Shown: positions 1 through 7,798, numbered from the stretch's first letter. The stretch: DNA of 30,269 bases from a virus (IMGVR_UViG_3300031519_000144:1-30269); one strand, 5' to 3'. The notes: generated by a model from the letters alone, not told the origin. Numbers and translations: made by a program.

Positions 1-44
1 ATGCTAGTGGAGCCATTGCTAAATGTAGAAAAAATAAAAAATAG
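1..44 (+). CDS. 3' end of a small basic phage protein (partial, ...ASGAIAKCRKNKK*)
   Basis: Hand translation from position 3 gives ASGAIAKCRKNKK then TAG (42-44), abutting the next ATG at 45. It resembles the SAYASGAxxKCRK motif I recall from small marine phage proteins. Confidence 0.6.
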   Translation, partial: ASGAIAKCRKNKK

Positions 45-308
45 ATGTATAAATCGCCATTAAGTAAAGTTAATAAAACTGAGAAAGGAGCATCACTTAG
101 ACGATGGTTTAAAGAAGATTGGCGAACACCTAGCGGCGACAAAGATTATAGTGGCGGAGAAAACCTATTTAGACCTACAAAAAAAGTAAATAAAAAAACC
201 GCTACCACATACAGCGAATTAACAAAAAGCGAACTTAGAGCTGCTCAAAAAGAAAAAAATTCTAAAGGAAGAGTTAGTAGGTTTAAAAAGAAAAAAAAGA
301 AAAAGTAA
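45..308 (+). CDS. Small basic hypothetical phage protein (LRRWFKEDW motif; DUF5872-like)
   Basis: 87-aa Lys-rich ORF with LxRWFKEDWxT and a poly-Lys C-terminus; family recognised from memory only. Confidence 0.65.
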   Translation: MYKSPLSKVNKTEKGASLRRWFKEDWRTPSGDKDYSGGENLFRPTKKVNKKTATTYSELTKSELRAAQKEKNSKGRVSRFKKKKKKK

Positions 309-336
309 TATCATTAACATAAACACAAACAAAACC

Positions 337-534
337 ATGGACAAGTACGACAAAAAAATGATGCACGAGCGTGAACTTATTTACGACGCAAAGAAACAAG
401 CAAAACGCTACGGAGGCGAAACCGCTAAAAATGACAAAAAATTAATCTATGATGCAAAAGGAGCAATTCACAGAACAGACATGGAGAAAAAAGGTGGTCA
501 TCCGCTAAGTAAGCACTGGCATAATAACAGATAA
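337..534 (+). CDS. Small basic hypothetical protein with duplicated LIYDAK
   Basis: 65-aa ORF, A/C-rich leader (aacataaacacaaacaaaacc), tightly packed with neighbours. Confidence 0.65.
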   Translation: MDKYDKKMMHERELIYDAKKQAKRYGGETAKNDKKLIYDAKGAIHRTDMEKKGGHPLSKHWHNNR

Positions 535-536
535 TT

Positions 537-1091
537 ATGCCACGTTTAGCCGGAGATCCAAAAGGTAAAAGTCCAAAGACTAAAGACAAAGTAACGGGAG
601 CAATAGGCTCTTCTTTACGTAGAAAACAATACGATAAGCTTGGTTGGAAATATGACAAAACAATTAAAGCTAACCCGAAAGCAAAAACAGTTTCTAAAAT
701 AAAGACTCAAAAAGTTGATGCTAAATCAGGCGGGGCTACCACAGTAAAGGGAGCGCAAACCAAAGCTAAAGCTTCCGCGGGTGCGAATAAGAGCATAATA
801 GGCAAGCCAGGTTCAACAGGTAAAAAATCTACTAAAACGGAGAAAATAAAATTTACTCCTAAGAAGGCAGCAAAGACAAAAAAAGAAGGTAGACAAGATA
901 AAAGAGCGGCAGCTAAAAAGGGTAGAGTAAATAAAAGAGTTAAAAGATTAGAAAATAGAGTTGAAAGAGTTTCTCTTAAAGGTAAACAAGCTACAGAGGC
1001 TGGTAAAACAGGAGCTAATTCAAGAGCTAGGGATTTAGTTGCTAAAAAAGCTAGATTACAAAAAAGAATAGATAATAAAAAAAATAAATAA
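537..1091 (+). CDS. Lys/Ala-rich, histone H1-like basic protein (candidate DNA-binding/internal head protein)
   Basis: 184 aa dominated by K, A, T, G, R with very few acidic or aromatic residues; contains SPKT and TPKKAAK. Function is inferred from composition. Confidence 0.6.
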   Translation: MPRLAGDPKGKSPKTKDKVTGAIGSSLRRKQYDKLGWKYDKTIKANPKAKTVSKIKTQKVDAKSGGATTVKGAQTKAKASAGANKSIIGKPGSTGKKSTKTEKIKFTPKKAAKTKKEGRQDKRAAAKKGRVNKRVKRLENRVERVSLKGKQATEAGKTGANSRARDLVAKKARLQKRIDNKKNK

Positions 1092-1093
1092 TA

Positions 1094-1157
1094 ACAGAAT
1101 AGGACTGTATAAACCTAGTCAAACATAAACATAAACAATAACAAAAACAAAAACAAA
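1094..1157 (+). promoter_or_regulatory. Predicted compact H-type RNA pseudoknot followed by unstructured (A/C)-rich leader
   Basis: S1 ACAG(1094-97)/CTGT(1105-08); S2 TAGG(1100-03)/CCTA(1114-17); loops AA, A, ATAAA. Then 1121-1157 has no G (AAACAT/AAAAAC repeats) up to ATG 1158. Confidence 0.4.
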
Positions 1158-1682
1158 ATGGCAAAATTCATTAAATTTAAAGTAGCTAACGGAAATGCTC
1201 CGGGAGCTGGAGGAGATTATTCAAGAGACGTATTAGTAAATGTTGATGACATTGAAAATGTAGCTGACGTTGTAGCCGGGGGGGTTTACTCGGTAATCGT
1301 AACATTAAAAGGATTAGTAGGTGTAACTGCTGCAGGCGGCGGACAAGCTGCTTATACTGTACCAGCATTCGTAGAAGGATTAGAAAATTTTTCTGGAGAT
1401 CAAGCTGCTTACACAGTACCAGCAATTCCTGCTGATGCTGTTGGAACAGTAGGAGGTAGAATAATTACATTAATTGTATCTACATCTCCAACTGCTGCTG
1501 TTAACCCAGCTGCAATTACAGTGGCACAAAACATGCCTTCACAATCTATTGTTAGAGCTTTAACTGCAAACCCAGGAGGTGTTGCTGCTTCTGCTCAACT
1601 AAGTAGAGATGGTGCAGGTTTAGCTGCTAATGCTCAAATGTTCTGGGCAAGTGCTGCGTTTACTTCAGACGTTACATTATAA
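1158..1682 (+). CDS. Probable virion structural protein (Ala/Gly/Val-rich), function unknown
   Basis: 174 aa with codon bias like the capsid gene (GCT/GTA/ACT), its own leader and a downstream terminator, suggesting high expression; internal QAAYTVPA duplication. Confidence 0.6.
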   Translation: MAKFIKFKVANGNAPGAGGDYSRDVLVNVDDIENVADVVAGGVYSVIVTLKGLVGVTAAGGGQAAYTVPAFVEGLENFSGDQAAYTVPAIPADAVGTVGGRIITLIVSTSPTAAVNPAAITVAQNMPSQSIVRALTANPGGVAASAQLSRDGAGLAANAQMFWASAAFTSDVTL

Positions 1683-1695
1683 TTAAAAATTAAAT

Positions 1696-1731
1696 AATCT
1701 TGCGGGGTTTAATCATCCCGCAGGATTTTTT
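1696..1731 (+). terminator. Intrinsic (Rho-independent) terminator
   Basis: AATCTTGCGGGG / TCCCGCAGGATT 12-bp stem (2 G-U) with an 8-nt loop, running into a T tract. Confidence 0.8.
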
Positions 1732-1734
1732 ATT

Positions 1735-2046
1735 ATGGCATTCAAAATAAATCCACCTTACGCAATATCCAATACTCCTATATACCACAAGGACATGGAT
1801 GATAATACCCTAGGATTAGCTAATAATAACGGTACTATATTACTGAACAAAAACTTGTCTCCTGATAAAGAAAGCGAAGTTGTTGATCATGAAATGGTTC
1901 ATATTGAGCAAATGAAAAGAGGTGATTTAGACTACGATGCTAAAAACGTTTATTGGAAAGGCAAATCTTATTCAAGAGACAGTATGAAAGAAGGAGCTAA
2001 AAATCTTCCTTGGGAAAATGAGGCATATAAAAAACAAAAAGAATAA
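1735..2046 (+). CDS. Small zincin-like metallopeptidase (HExxH)
   Basis: G..I.LN strand, HEMVHxxQ zinc-binding motif and downstream PWENEAY third-ligand motif typical of minimal phage zincins. Confidence 0.75.
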   Translation: MAFKINPPYAISNTPIYHKDMDDNTLGLANNNGTILLNKNLSPDKESEVVDHEMVHIEQMKRGDLDYDAKNVYWKGKSYSRDSMKEGAKNLPWENEAYKKQKE

Positions 2047-2047
2047 A

Positions 2048-2452
2048 ATGAACAAAATATTTGCATGGCTTACTGGTAGTGTAATCAAAGAAGTTGGTGA
2101 CGTCATCGATAAGTTCACTACAACAAAAGAAGAAAAGCTTGAAGCTAACAAGCAGATACAAATAATTCTTGAAACCGCAGAAGCTAACGCTCAAAAAGAA
2201 GTAACTTCAAGATGGGAATCCGACATGAATTCGGATAGTTGGTTAGCCAAAAATATACGGCCAATGGTACTTGTGTACCTTACATTTATATTTACGCTAC
2301 TAGCTTTCACAGATGGGAACATTGGAGAATTTAAAATAGCAAAAGAATACATACCAATAATTCAAACATTATTAGTAACCGCTTACGGTGCTTATTTTGT
2401 AGGAAGATCTTGGGAGAAAGGTAAACAAATAATGAATAATAAAAATATATAA
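2048..2452 (+). CDS. Holin, 3TM / GTA_holin_3TM-like
   Basis: VTSRWESDMNSDSWLAKNIRP followed by hydrophobic segments and AYFVGRSWEK. Start moved to ATG 2048 (MNKIFAW), immediately after the upstream stop, instead of 2018. Confidence 0.75.
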   Translation: MNKIFAWLTGSVIKEVGDVIDKFTTTKEEKLEANKQIQIILETAEANAQKEVTSRWESDMNSDSWLAKNIRPMVLVYLTFIFTLLAFTDGNIGEFKIAKEYIPIIQTLLVTAYGAYFVGRSWEKGKQIMNNKNI

Positions 2453-2454
2453 AA

Positions 2455-3042
2455 ATGGGACTATTTCCAACAAATGATACTATTATAACCAGAGCTAAAA
2501 CATTCGTACCTAGTAATGTAGTTGACCCTCTGTCTTTTTGGGAGTTTGAAAACCAATCAGGAACATTAGGTACTAATTTAACGGGATCCGTTGTTTATGT
2601 AGGTACGGCAGGAAACGTAACCGGAATTTTATCCGGCACTGTAGGTGATCAAGGAGTTGTACTCGAAGTAGAAGTTGTAAATCCGGGAGCTGCATATACT
2701 ACCGCGTTTGGATTACCTACCGTACTTATAGAAGGTAAGTCTGTGGCTTTAAATCCAAGCGGGCTTTTTGTTTCTATAATAGCAGATGGTGGTGGTGGGA
2801 TTACTAATGTAGACATTGGAGGAGGAGCTGGACAGCAATATTCAGTTGGAGATATAGTTGAAATTGTTCAGGGTGCCGCAAAAGGTGGTACAGCTAGAGT
2901 TGTGTCTGTAAGAAATAATTTACCAAATCCTTTATTCGACGTGGTCAAATTTCAAAATGTTGCAGCAGGAACGGTGCTACCAGTTTTATTTGATTACATA
3001 GTAGCAGATACTACAGCAACAGACTTAATAGTAGGTAAATAA
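2455..3042 (+). CDS. Gly/Val-rich beta-structured probable virion protein
   Basis: 195 aa with VYVGTAGNV and FQNVAAGTVLPVLFDYI segments and a central NPGAAYT/GQQYSVGD tail-type repeat; function inferred. Confidence 0.55.
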   Translation: MGLFPTNDTIITRAKTFVPSNVVDPLSFWEFENQSGTLGTNLTGSVVYVGTAGNVTGILSGTVGDQGVVLEVEVVNPGAAYTTAFGLPTVLIEGKSVALNPSGLFVSIIADGGGGITNVDIGGGAGQQYSVGDIVEIVQGAAKGGTARVVSVRNNLPNPLFDVVKFQNVAAGTVLPVLFDYIVADTTATDLIVGK

Positions 3043-3064
3043 ATAAAAATGTAGTTTATTGTTC

Positions 3065-3079
3065 AAACGTGTGATTATA
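3065..3079 (+). promoter_or_regulatory. Candidate phage promoter/operator motif AAACRYGTRATTATA (copy 1)
   Basis: AAACGTGTGATTATA in an intergenic gap; matches 13817-13831 at 12/15 positions, with all differences being transitions. Confidence 0.4.
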
Positions 3080-3116
3080 CATATAAATATAATTACTAAC
3101 AATTAAATCTACTATT

Positions 3117-3461
3117 ATGAAAAAATTATTTATTACATTATCATTACTATTTACATTTTCAATTTTAACAGCTCAAGAAGACTTTAATGGCATGTGGGAA
3201 AGCGAAGACTCGTCTTACATAACCACTATTATTGCAAGTGAGTATAAAGTTTTAAATGTGTTTAACACTAGTTTTTTAGAATATAGAGTTATAACTGAAG
3301 ATATAATTAGTAGCGACAAAAATAAATTTACAACAGAATTGAATAATGAACAAAACGGTTATTCAGTAACAATAGAATACACATTAAAAAACCAAGACAC
3401 TCTTATTCTAAAGTATTCAAAAGACTTAGAAGGGGAATATATACTAACTAGAATAAGATAA
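3117..3461 (+). CDS. Secreted/periplasmic protein with Sec signal peptide (small beta-barrel-like)
   Basis: MKKLFITLSLLFTFSILTA|QEDFNGMWES: basic N-terminus, hydrophobic core, Gln at +1 and a GxW motif. Confidence 0.7.
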   Translation: MKKLFITLSLLFTFSILTAQEDFNGMWESEDSSYITTIIASEYKVLNVFNTSFLEYRVITEDIISSDKNKFTTELNNEQNGYSVTIEYTLKNQDTLILKYSKDLEGEYILTRIR

Positions 3462-3467
3462 AAAATT

Positions 3468-4220
3468 ATGGAAAGCAATAAACAAGAAAGAAAAAACTTA
3501 GTAAATGATAATCCAATGGCTAAAAGAGCTAGTGAAGGATCTCCTGCTAAAAATCTAAACAAAGGTTACGGATCAGAAGTTAAAAGCCCTATGGCAATGA
3601 TGAAAAGCAAAAAGCCTTCAACAGCATTTGCAATGAAGATGTCAGAAACAAGATCAGCTTTGCCTATGAATATGCCTGATTCTCCTATGAAAAAAGCTTT
3701 AATTGGTGATCAAGATAAATTGCCTCAAGCTTTACAAGATGACATTAAAGCTGCCCCTGATTCACCTGCTAAAATGTATGAAACACCTTTAAAAAAGCAC
3801 AAACCCGGGCACACAGACCCTAAAACCGGTAACGAAGGAAGATCCGCTGACAACGTAGGAGCTGTATTAGACGGAGGGGGAACAAGGACTCAAAAAGACG
3901 CGACTACAGGTAAAAAAATATCTACGGATGCTAAGAGTAGAAAAATGAATAAAGATGCAGCCTCAGGTAAAATAAACAAAAAGTTAACTGGGAATGTAAC
4001 GCAAAAAAACGGAAACTATTCGGCTAAGCCTTATAAAGGTAAGATGATGGATCATGGCAGATTAGGCGGGGACGGTAAAACTTTTACTCGAACAACAGGA
4101 GGTAAGAATTCTTCAGCGTATAGAGCCGAACTTAAAAAACATAATAAAGATAAAGCTGATTACATGCAAACAGCTAACCAAAAAGCAAAAAAATTCACTA
4201 AAAGGGGAAAAAACGCTTAA
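3468..4220 (+). CDS. Basic low-complexity protein with repeated xP[L/M/A]x[K/M] motifs
   Basis: 250 aa; NPMAK, SPAKN, SPMAM, SPMKK, SPAKM and TPLKK in the N-terminal half; K/G-rich C-terminal half. Confidence 0.7.
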   Translation: MESNKQERKNLVNDNPMAKRASEGSPAKNLNKGYGSEVKSPMAMMKSKKPSTAFAMKMSETRSALPMNMPDSPMKKALIGDQDKLPQALQDDIKAAPDSPAKMYETPLKKHKPGHTDPKTGNEGRSADNVGAVLDGGGTRTQKDATTGKKISTDAKSRKMNKDAASGKINKKLTGNVTQKNGNYSAKPYKGKMMDHGRLGGDGKTFTRTTGGKNSSAYRAELKKHNKDKADYMQTANQKAKKFTKRGKNA

Positions 4221-4252
4221 TAAACAATTATTAATAATTAAATTAAATCAAC

Positions 4253-4531
4253 ATGAGTAAAGTAAAAAAAATGAAATCACAAGTAGAAGACGCGGTAAAA
4301 GTTATTACTAAAGAAGAGTTGGAAAACGTAAAGCACTTAAATAGTGAGTTACAAAAACATTGTAATACTATAGGTGCGATGGAAGTTCAAAAAGCTAAAG
4401 CTATCTATCAAGTTAATATGCTTGAAAAAGATATGGATGAAGCTAAGAAGGCTATCGAAGAAAAATACGGGCCTATTAACATTAATTTACTTGATGGAAG
4501 TTATGAAGAGGTTGTAGCTCCTAAAGAATAA
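4253..4531 (+). CDS. Hypothetical coiled-coil phage protein
   Basis: 92-aa helical heptad-like ORF ending EEKYGPININLLDGSY; AT-rich leader. Confidence 0.7.
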   Translation: MSKVKKMKSQVEDAVKVITKEELENVKHLNSELQKHCNTIGAMEVQKAKAIYQVNMLEKDMDEAKKAIEEKYGPININLLDGSYEEVVAPKE

Positions 4532-4535
4532 TCTT

Positions 4536-4763
4536 ATGAATAATATTATAAGAAAGATTAGTATCGGGGCTGACTACAAGAACGAAGCTATGCATTACTC
4601 TGTTAAACAGACAGTTTATGGCGGTCACGAAATTTCTCATATAATGTTTGAAGAGTCTGATAATTCTTATAATATATTTATAAAAAAAGTAGACGAGGTA
4701 ATGCCATGGAAGAAGTTTAATTCTAACATGGCAATATCCGTTGAGTATGACTTGGAGTATTAA
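4536..4763 (+). CDS. Hypothetical phage protein (IRKISIGxDYK)
   Basis: 75-aa ORF translationally coupled (TAATG) to the GroES-like gene. Confidence 0.7.
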   Translation: MNNIIRKISIGADYKNEAMHYSVKQTVYGGHEISHIMFEESDNSYNIFIKKVDEVMPWKKFNSNMAISVEYDLEY

Positions 4764-5368
4764 TGAGGAGCATATATGATTTTATCATACGCCCAGTAGG
4801 CAAAAGATATGATAATGAGGTTAAGGTCGGAGAGCAAACCCTTATAACAAATAGCTCTATAGAAAGTTTTAAACACGTTAACAATATAGCTGAAGTAGTG
4901 GAAACACCTGCAGCATTTGCGACACCTATAAAGAAAGGTGATTTAATAGTTGTGCATCATAATGTGTTTAGAGTATTCTATGATATGAAAGGAATTAAAA
5001 AGAACAGTAGGTCATTCTTAAAAGATGATCTTTTTATGTGCGCTATAGATCAAGTATACTTATATAAAAAAGATAAATCTTGGAATTCATTTGGAGATAG
5101 GTGCTTTGTTGCTCCTGTTAAAAATAAAGACCTTTTAAGCAGTCAAAAAACTGCAGATCTTATTGGTATACTAAAAATAGGTAATAACTCCTTAAAGGAG
5201 TCTGGAATCAATCCAGGAGACATAATTGGATTTACGCCTAATAGCGAATGGGAATTTGTTATAGATAATCAAGTTATGTACTGTATGAAATCAAATGATA
5301 TTGTTATAAAGTATGAACTCGATAGAAACGAAGAAGAGTATAATAGCCGCTGGGCGGGAAGCAATTAA
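4763..5368 (+). CDS. GroES/Cpn10-like co-chaperonin with two tandem GroES-like halves
   Basis: AEVVETP...IKKGDLIVV and FGDRCFVAPV...GINPGDIIGF...EFVIDNQVMYCMKSNDIV match GroES sequence patterns. Confidence 0.7.
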   Translation: MRSIYDFIIRPVGKRYDNEVKVGEQTLITNSSIESFKHVNNIAEVVETPAAFATPIKKGDLIVVHHNVFRVFYDMKGIKKNSRSFLKDDLFMCAIDQVYLYKKDKSWNSFGDRCFVAPVKNKDLLSSQKTADLIGILKIGNNSLKESGINPGDIIGFTPNSEWEFVIDNQVMYCMKSNDIVIKYELDRNEEEYNSRWAGSN

Positions 5369-5585
5369 AGAATTAGTAAAGGTAGCAAAAGAAAAGATCG
5401 TTGACTCAGAAGAAGATATATCAGCTGACAGACTTAAAAATGCTGCCGCTACTAAAAAGCTTTGCATATTCGATGCTTTTGAAATTCTTAATAGAATTCA
5501 GGAAGAGGAAGGTATGATTAACGAAGCGATCGGTGATTCTAGTAAACCAGTGTTTAAAGGCTTTGCAGAGGGGAGATCTAAATAA
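5313..5585 (+). CDS. Probable terminase small subunit
   Basis: 90-aa helical protein directly upstream of and coupled (TAATG) to TerL; positional inference. Confidence 0.5.
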   Translation: MNSIETKKSIIAAGREAIKELVKVAKEKIVDSEEDISADRLKNAAATKKLCIFDAFEILNRIQEEEGMINEAIGDSSKPVFKGFAEGRSK

Positions 5586-7795
5586 TGGCATATCAACAAC
5601 AACTATATACGATAGTCAAAGACTATATAAAGCCTCATGCGATTAAGAAAAAAAATCGTTATGCAAAATGGGTTTACGGTTACGATAAAGAACATGATCT
5701 TGTCGTAATAAGTAAGACCGGTAAAATAGGCGAAATATATCTTATAGGCGATTTGCATATTGCTTTACCTAAAGTTGAGGATTCAAAAGATCTTGGCAAT
5801 AACAAATGGGAAGCAAAAGAATATCCTAAAGAATTAAGTAGAATAAAGAGCGAAGCAGATTGGTTAAAATACCCAAATACTTTTCATGAAAAATGGCACG
5901 CCTATATAGATGAAGAATTTAACAGAAGAGAAACAGGTTACTGGTTTATTAATAAAGGGGTGGATACTTATATTACTGGTACTCATTACATGTACTTGCA
6001 ATGGTCAAAGATTGATGTTGGGCAGCCAGACTTTCGAGAAGCAAACAGATTATTCTTTATATTCTGGGAAGCTTGCAAAGCAGATAGCAGATGTTACGGC
6101 ATGTCATATCTCAAGAACAGACGTTCAGGATTTTCGTTCATGGCATCAGGTGAAACCGTTAACTTGGCTACAATATCAAGTGATTCACGATTCGGCATTC
6201 TGTCCAAATCTGGGGCCGATGCTAAAAAAATGTTCACCGACAAAGTTGTACCCATTAGCGTTAACTACCCATTCTTTTTTAAACCTATCCAGGATGGTAT
6301 GGATAGACCCAAAACAGAATTAGCTTATAGAGTACCTGCATCAAAATTTACAAGACGAAAATTAGACGATAACAATGTAGCCGCTGATCTTGATGGATTA
6401 GATACAACTATTGACTGGAAGAACACAGGTGACAACAGCTATGATGGTGAAAAGCTAAAGCTATTAGTTCACGATGAAAGTGGAAAATGGGAGAGACCTA
6501 CAAATATACTTAATAACTGGAGGGTTACAAAAACTTGTTTAAGATTAGGTAGTAGAATAGTAGGTAAGTGCATGATGGGCTCTACATCAAATTCCTTAGA
6601 CAAAGGAGGAGCAAACTTTAAAAAATTATACAATGGATCAGATGCATCGGCTAGAAACAAGAACGGCCAAACTAAAACGGGGTTATACAAACTTTTTATT
6701 CCTATGGAATGGAATTATGAGGGTTTTATTGATCAGTACGGCTATCCTGTGTTTGATGTTCCAAAAGAAGAGACATTCGGACCACAGGGAGACGAAATAG
6801 AAGATGGTGTTATTGATCATTGGGAAAATGAAGTAGAAGGATTAAAAGATGATCCAGATGCGCTTAATGAATATTATCGACAGTTCCCAAGAACAGAAGC
6901 TCATGCTTTTAGAGATGAAGCAAAACAATCGTTATTTAACTTAACAAAGATCTATCAACAGATAGATTATAACGATGAATTAAAAAATAACACGATGGTT
7001 ACTCAAGGTAACTTTCAATGGGAAAACGGAATTAAAGATACTAGGGTAATGTTTTATCCTAATAAAAACGGCAGGTTTTATATAACTTGGATACCGGATC
7101 AAAACCTACAAAATCACGTAATAATAAAGAATGGTAACAAACATCCAGGTAACGAACACATGGGAGCTTTTGGCTGCGATAGTTATGATATTAGCGGTGT
7201 TGTTGGTGGTGGCGGTTCTAACGGAGCACTTCATGGATTAACAAAGTTTTCAATGGAGGATGTACCTCCTAATCATTTCTTTTTAGAATATATAGCTAGA
7301 CCTTCAACAGCTGAAATGTTTTTTGAAGATGTATTAATGGCTTGTGTATTTTACGGCATGCCAATACTTTGTGAAAACAATAAACCTAGATTGCTTTACT
7401 ATTTAAAACGTAGAGGATACAGGGGATTCAGTATTAATAGGCCAGATAAAACCTATAACAAATTATCTTTATCGGAACGAGAAGTAGGCGGAATACCCAA
7501 TTCAAGTGAAGATATAAAGCAAGCTCATGCTTCAGCAATTGAAACCTACATAGAAGATTTTGTAGGTATAACTAAAGAAGGCTATGGAGATGTTTATTTG
7601 CAAAGAACATTAGAAGACTGGGCTAAGTTTGATATAAATAATCGAACAAAGCATGATGCATCAATAAGTTCAGGCTTAGCTTTAATGGCTTGCAACAAAC
7701 ATAGATATAGTCCCAAGGGAGCTATTACGGTTAATAAAATTAACTTAGGTTTTAAAAAATACAATAACGAGGGAACTACTTCAAAAATAATGTAA
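5585..7795 (+). CDS. terL: Terminase large subunit
   Basis: Walker A-like KNRRSGFS, Walker B LLVHDESGK, motif III MGSTSN, nuclease GCDSYD and HDASISSGLA. Confidence 0.93.
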   Translation: MAYQQQLYTIVKDYIKPHAIKKKNRYAKWVYGYDKEHDLVVISKTGKIGEIYLIGDLHIALPKVEDSKDLGNNKWEAKEYPKELSRIKSEADWLKYPNTFHEKWHAYIDEEFNRRETGYWFINKGVDTYITGTHYMYLQWSKIDVGQPDFREANRLFFIFWEACKADSRCYGMSYLKNRRSGFSFMASGETVNLATISSDSRFGILSKSGADAKKMFTDKVVPISVNYPFFFKPIQDGMDRPKTELAYRVPASKFTRRKLDDNNVAADLDGLDTTIDWKNTGDNSYDGEKLKLLVHDESGKWERPTNILNNWRVTKTCLRLGSRIVGKCMMGSTSNSLDKGGANFKKLYNGSDASARNKNGQTKTGLYKLFIPMEWNYEGFIDQYGYPVFDVPKEETFGPQGDEIEDGVIDHWENEVEGLKDDPDALNEYYRQFPRTEAHAFRDEAKQSLFNLTKIYQQIDYNDELKNNTMVTQGNFQWENGIKDTRVMFYPNKNGRFYITWIPDQNLQNHVIIKNGNKHPGNEHMGAFGCDSYDISGVVGGGGSNGALHGLTKFSMEDVPPNHFFLEYIARPSTAEMFFEDVLMACVFYGMPILCENNKPRLLYYLKRRGYRGFSINRPDKTYNKLSLSEREVGGIPNSSEDIKQAHASAIETYIEDFVGITKEGYGDVYLQRTLEDWAKFDINNRTKHDASISSGLALMACNKHRYSPKGAITVNKINLGFKKYNNEGTTSKIM

Positions 7796-7798
7796 TAA

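Noticed and set aside
1079-1117. -1 ribosomal frameshift signal (A_AAA_AAT, 8-nt spacer, pseudoknot) fusing gene 537 to gene 1158
   Set aside because: The -1 frame hits TAA at 1085-1087 immediately, the +1 frame stops at 1126, and frame 0 has TAA TAA plus further stops; no fusion is possible.
2018-2047. Track start of the holin at 2018
   Set aside because: Overlaps the zincin gene; ATG 2048 right after its stop gives a more plausible amphipathic N-terminus.
4226-4239. Perfect palindrome AATTATTAATAATT as an operator
   Set aside because: A/T-only in an AT-rich spacer and I saw no second copy; likely chance.
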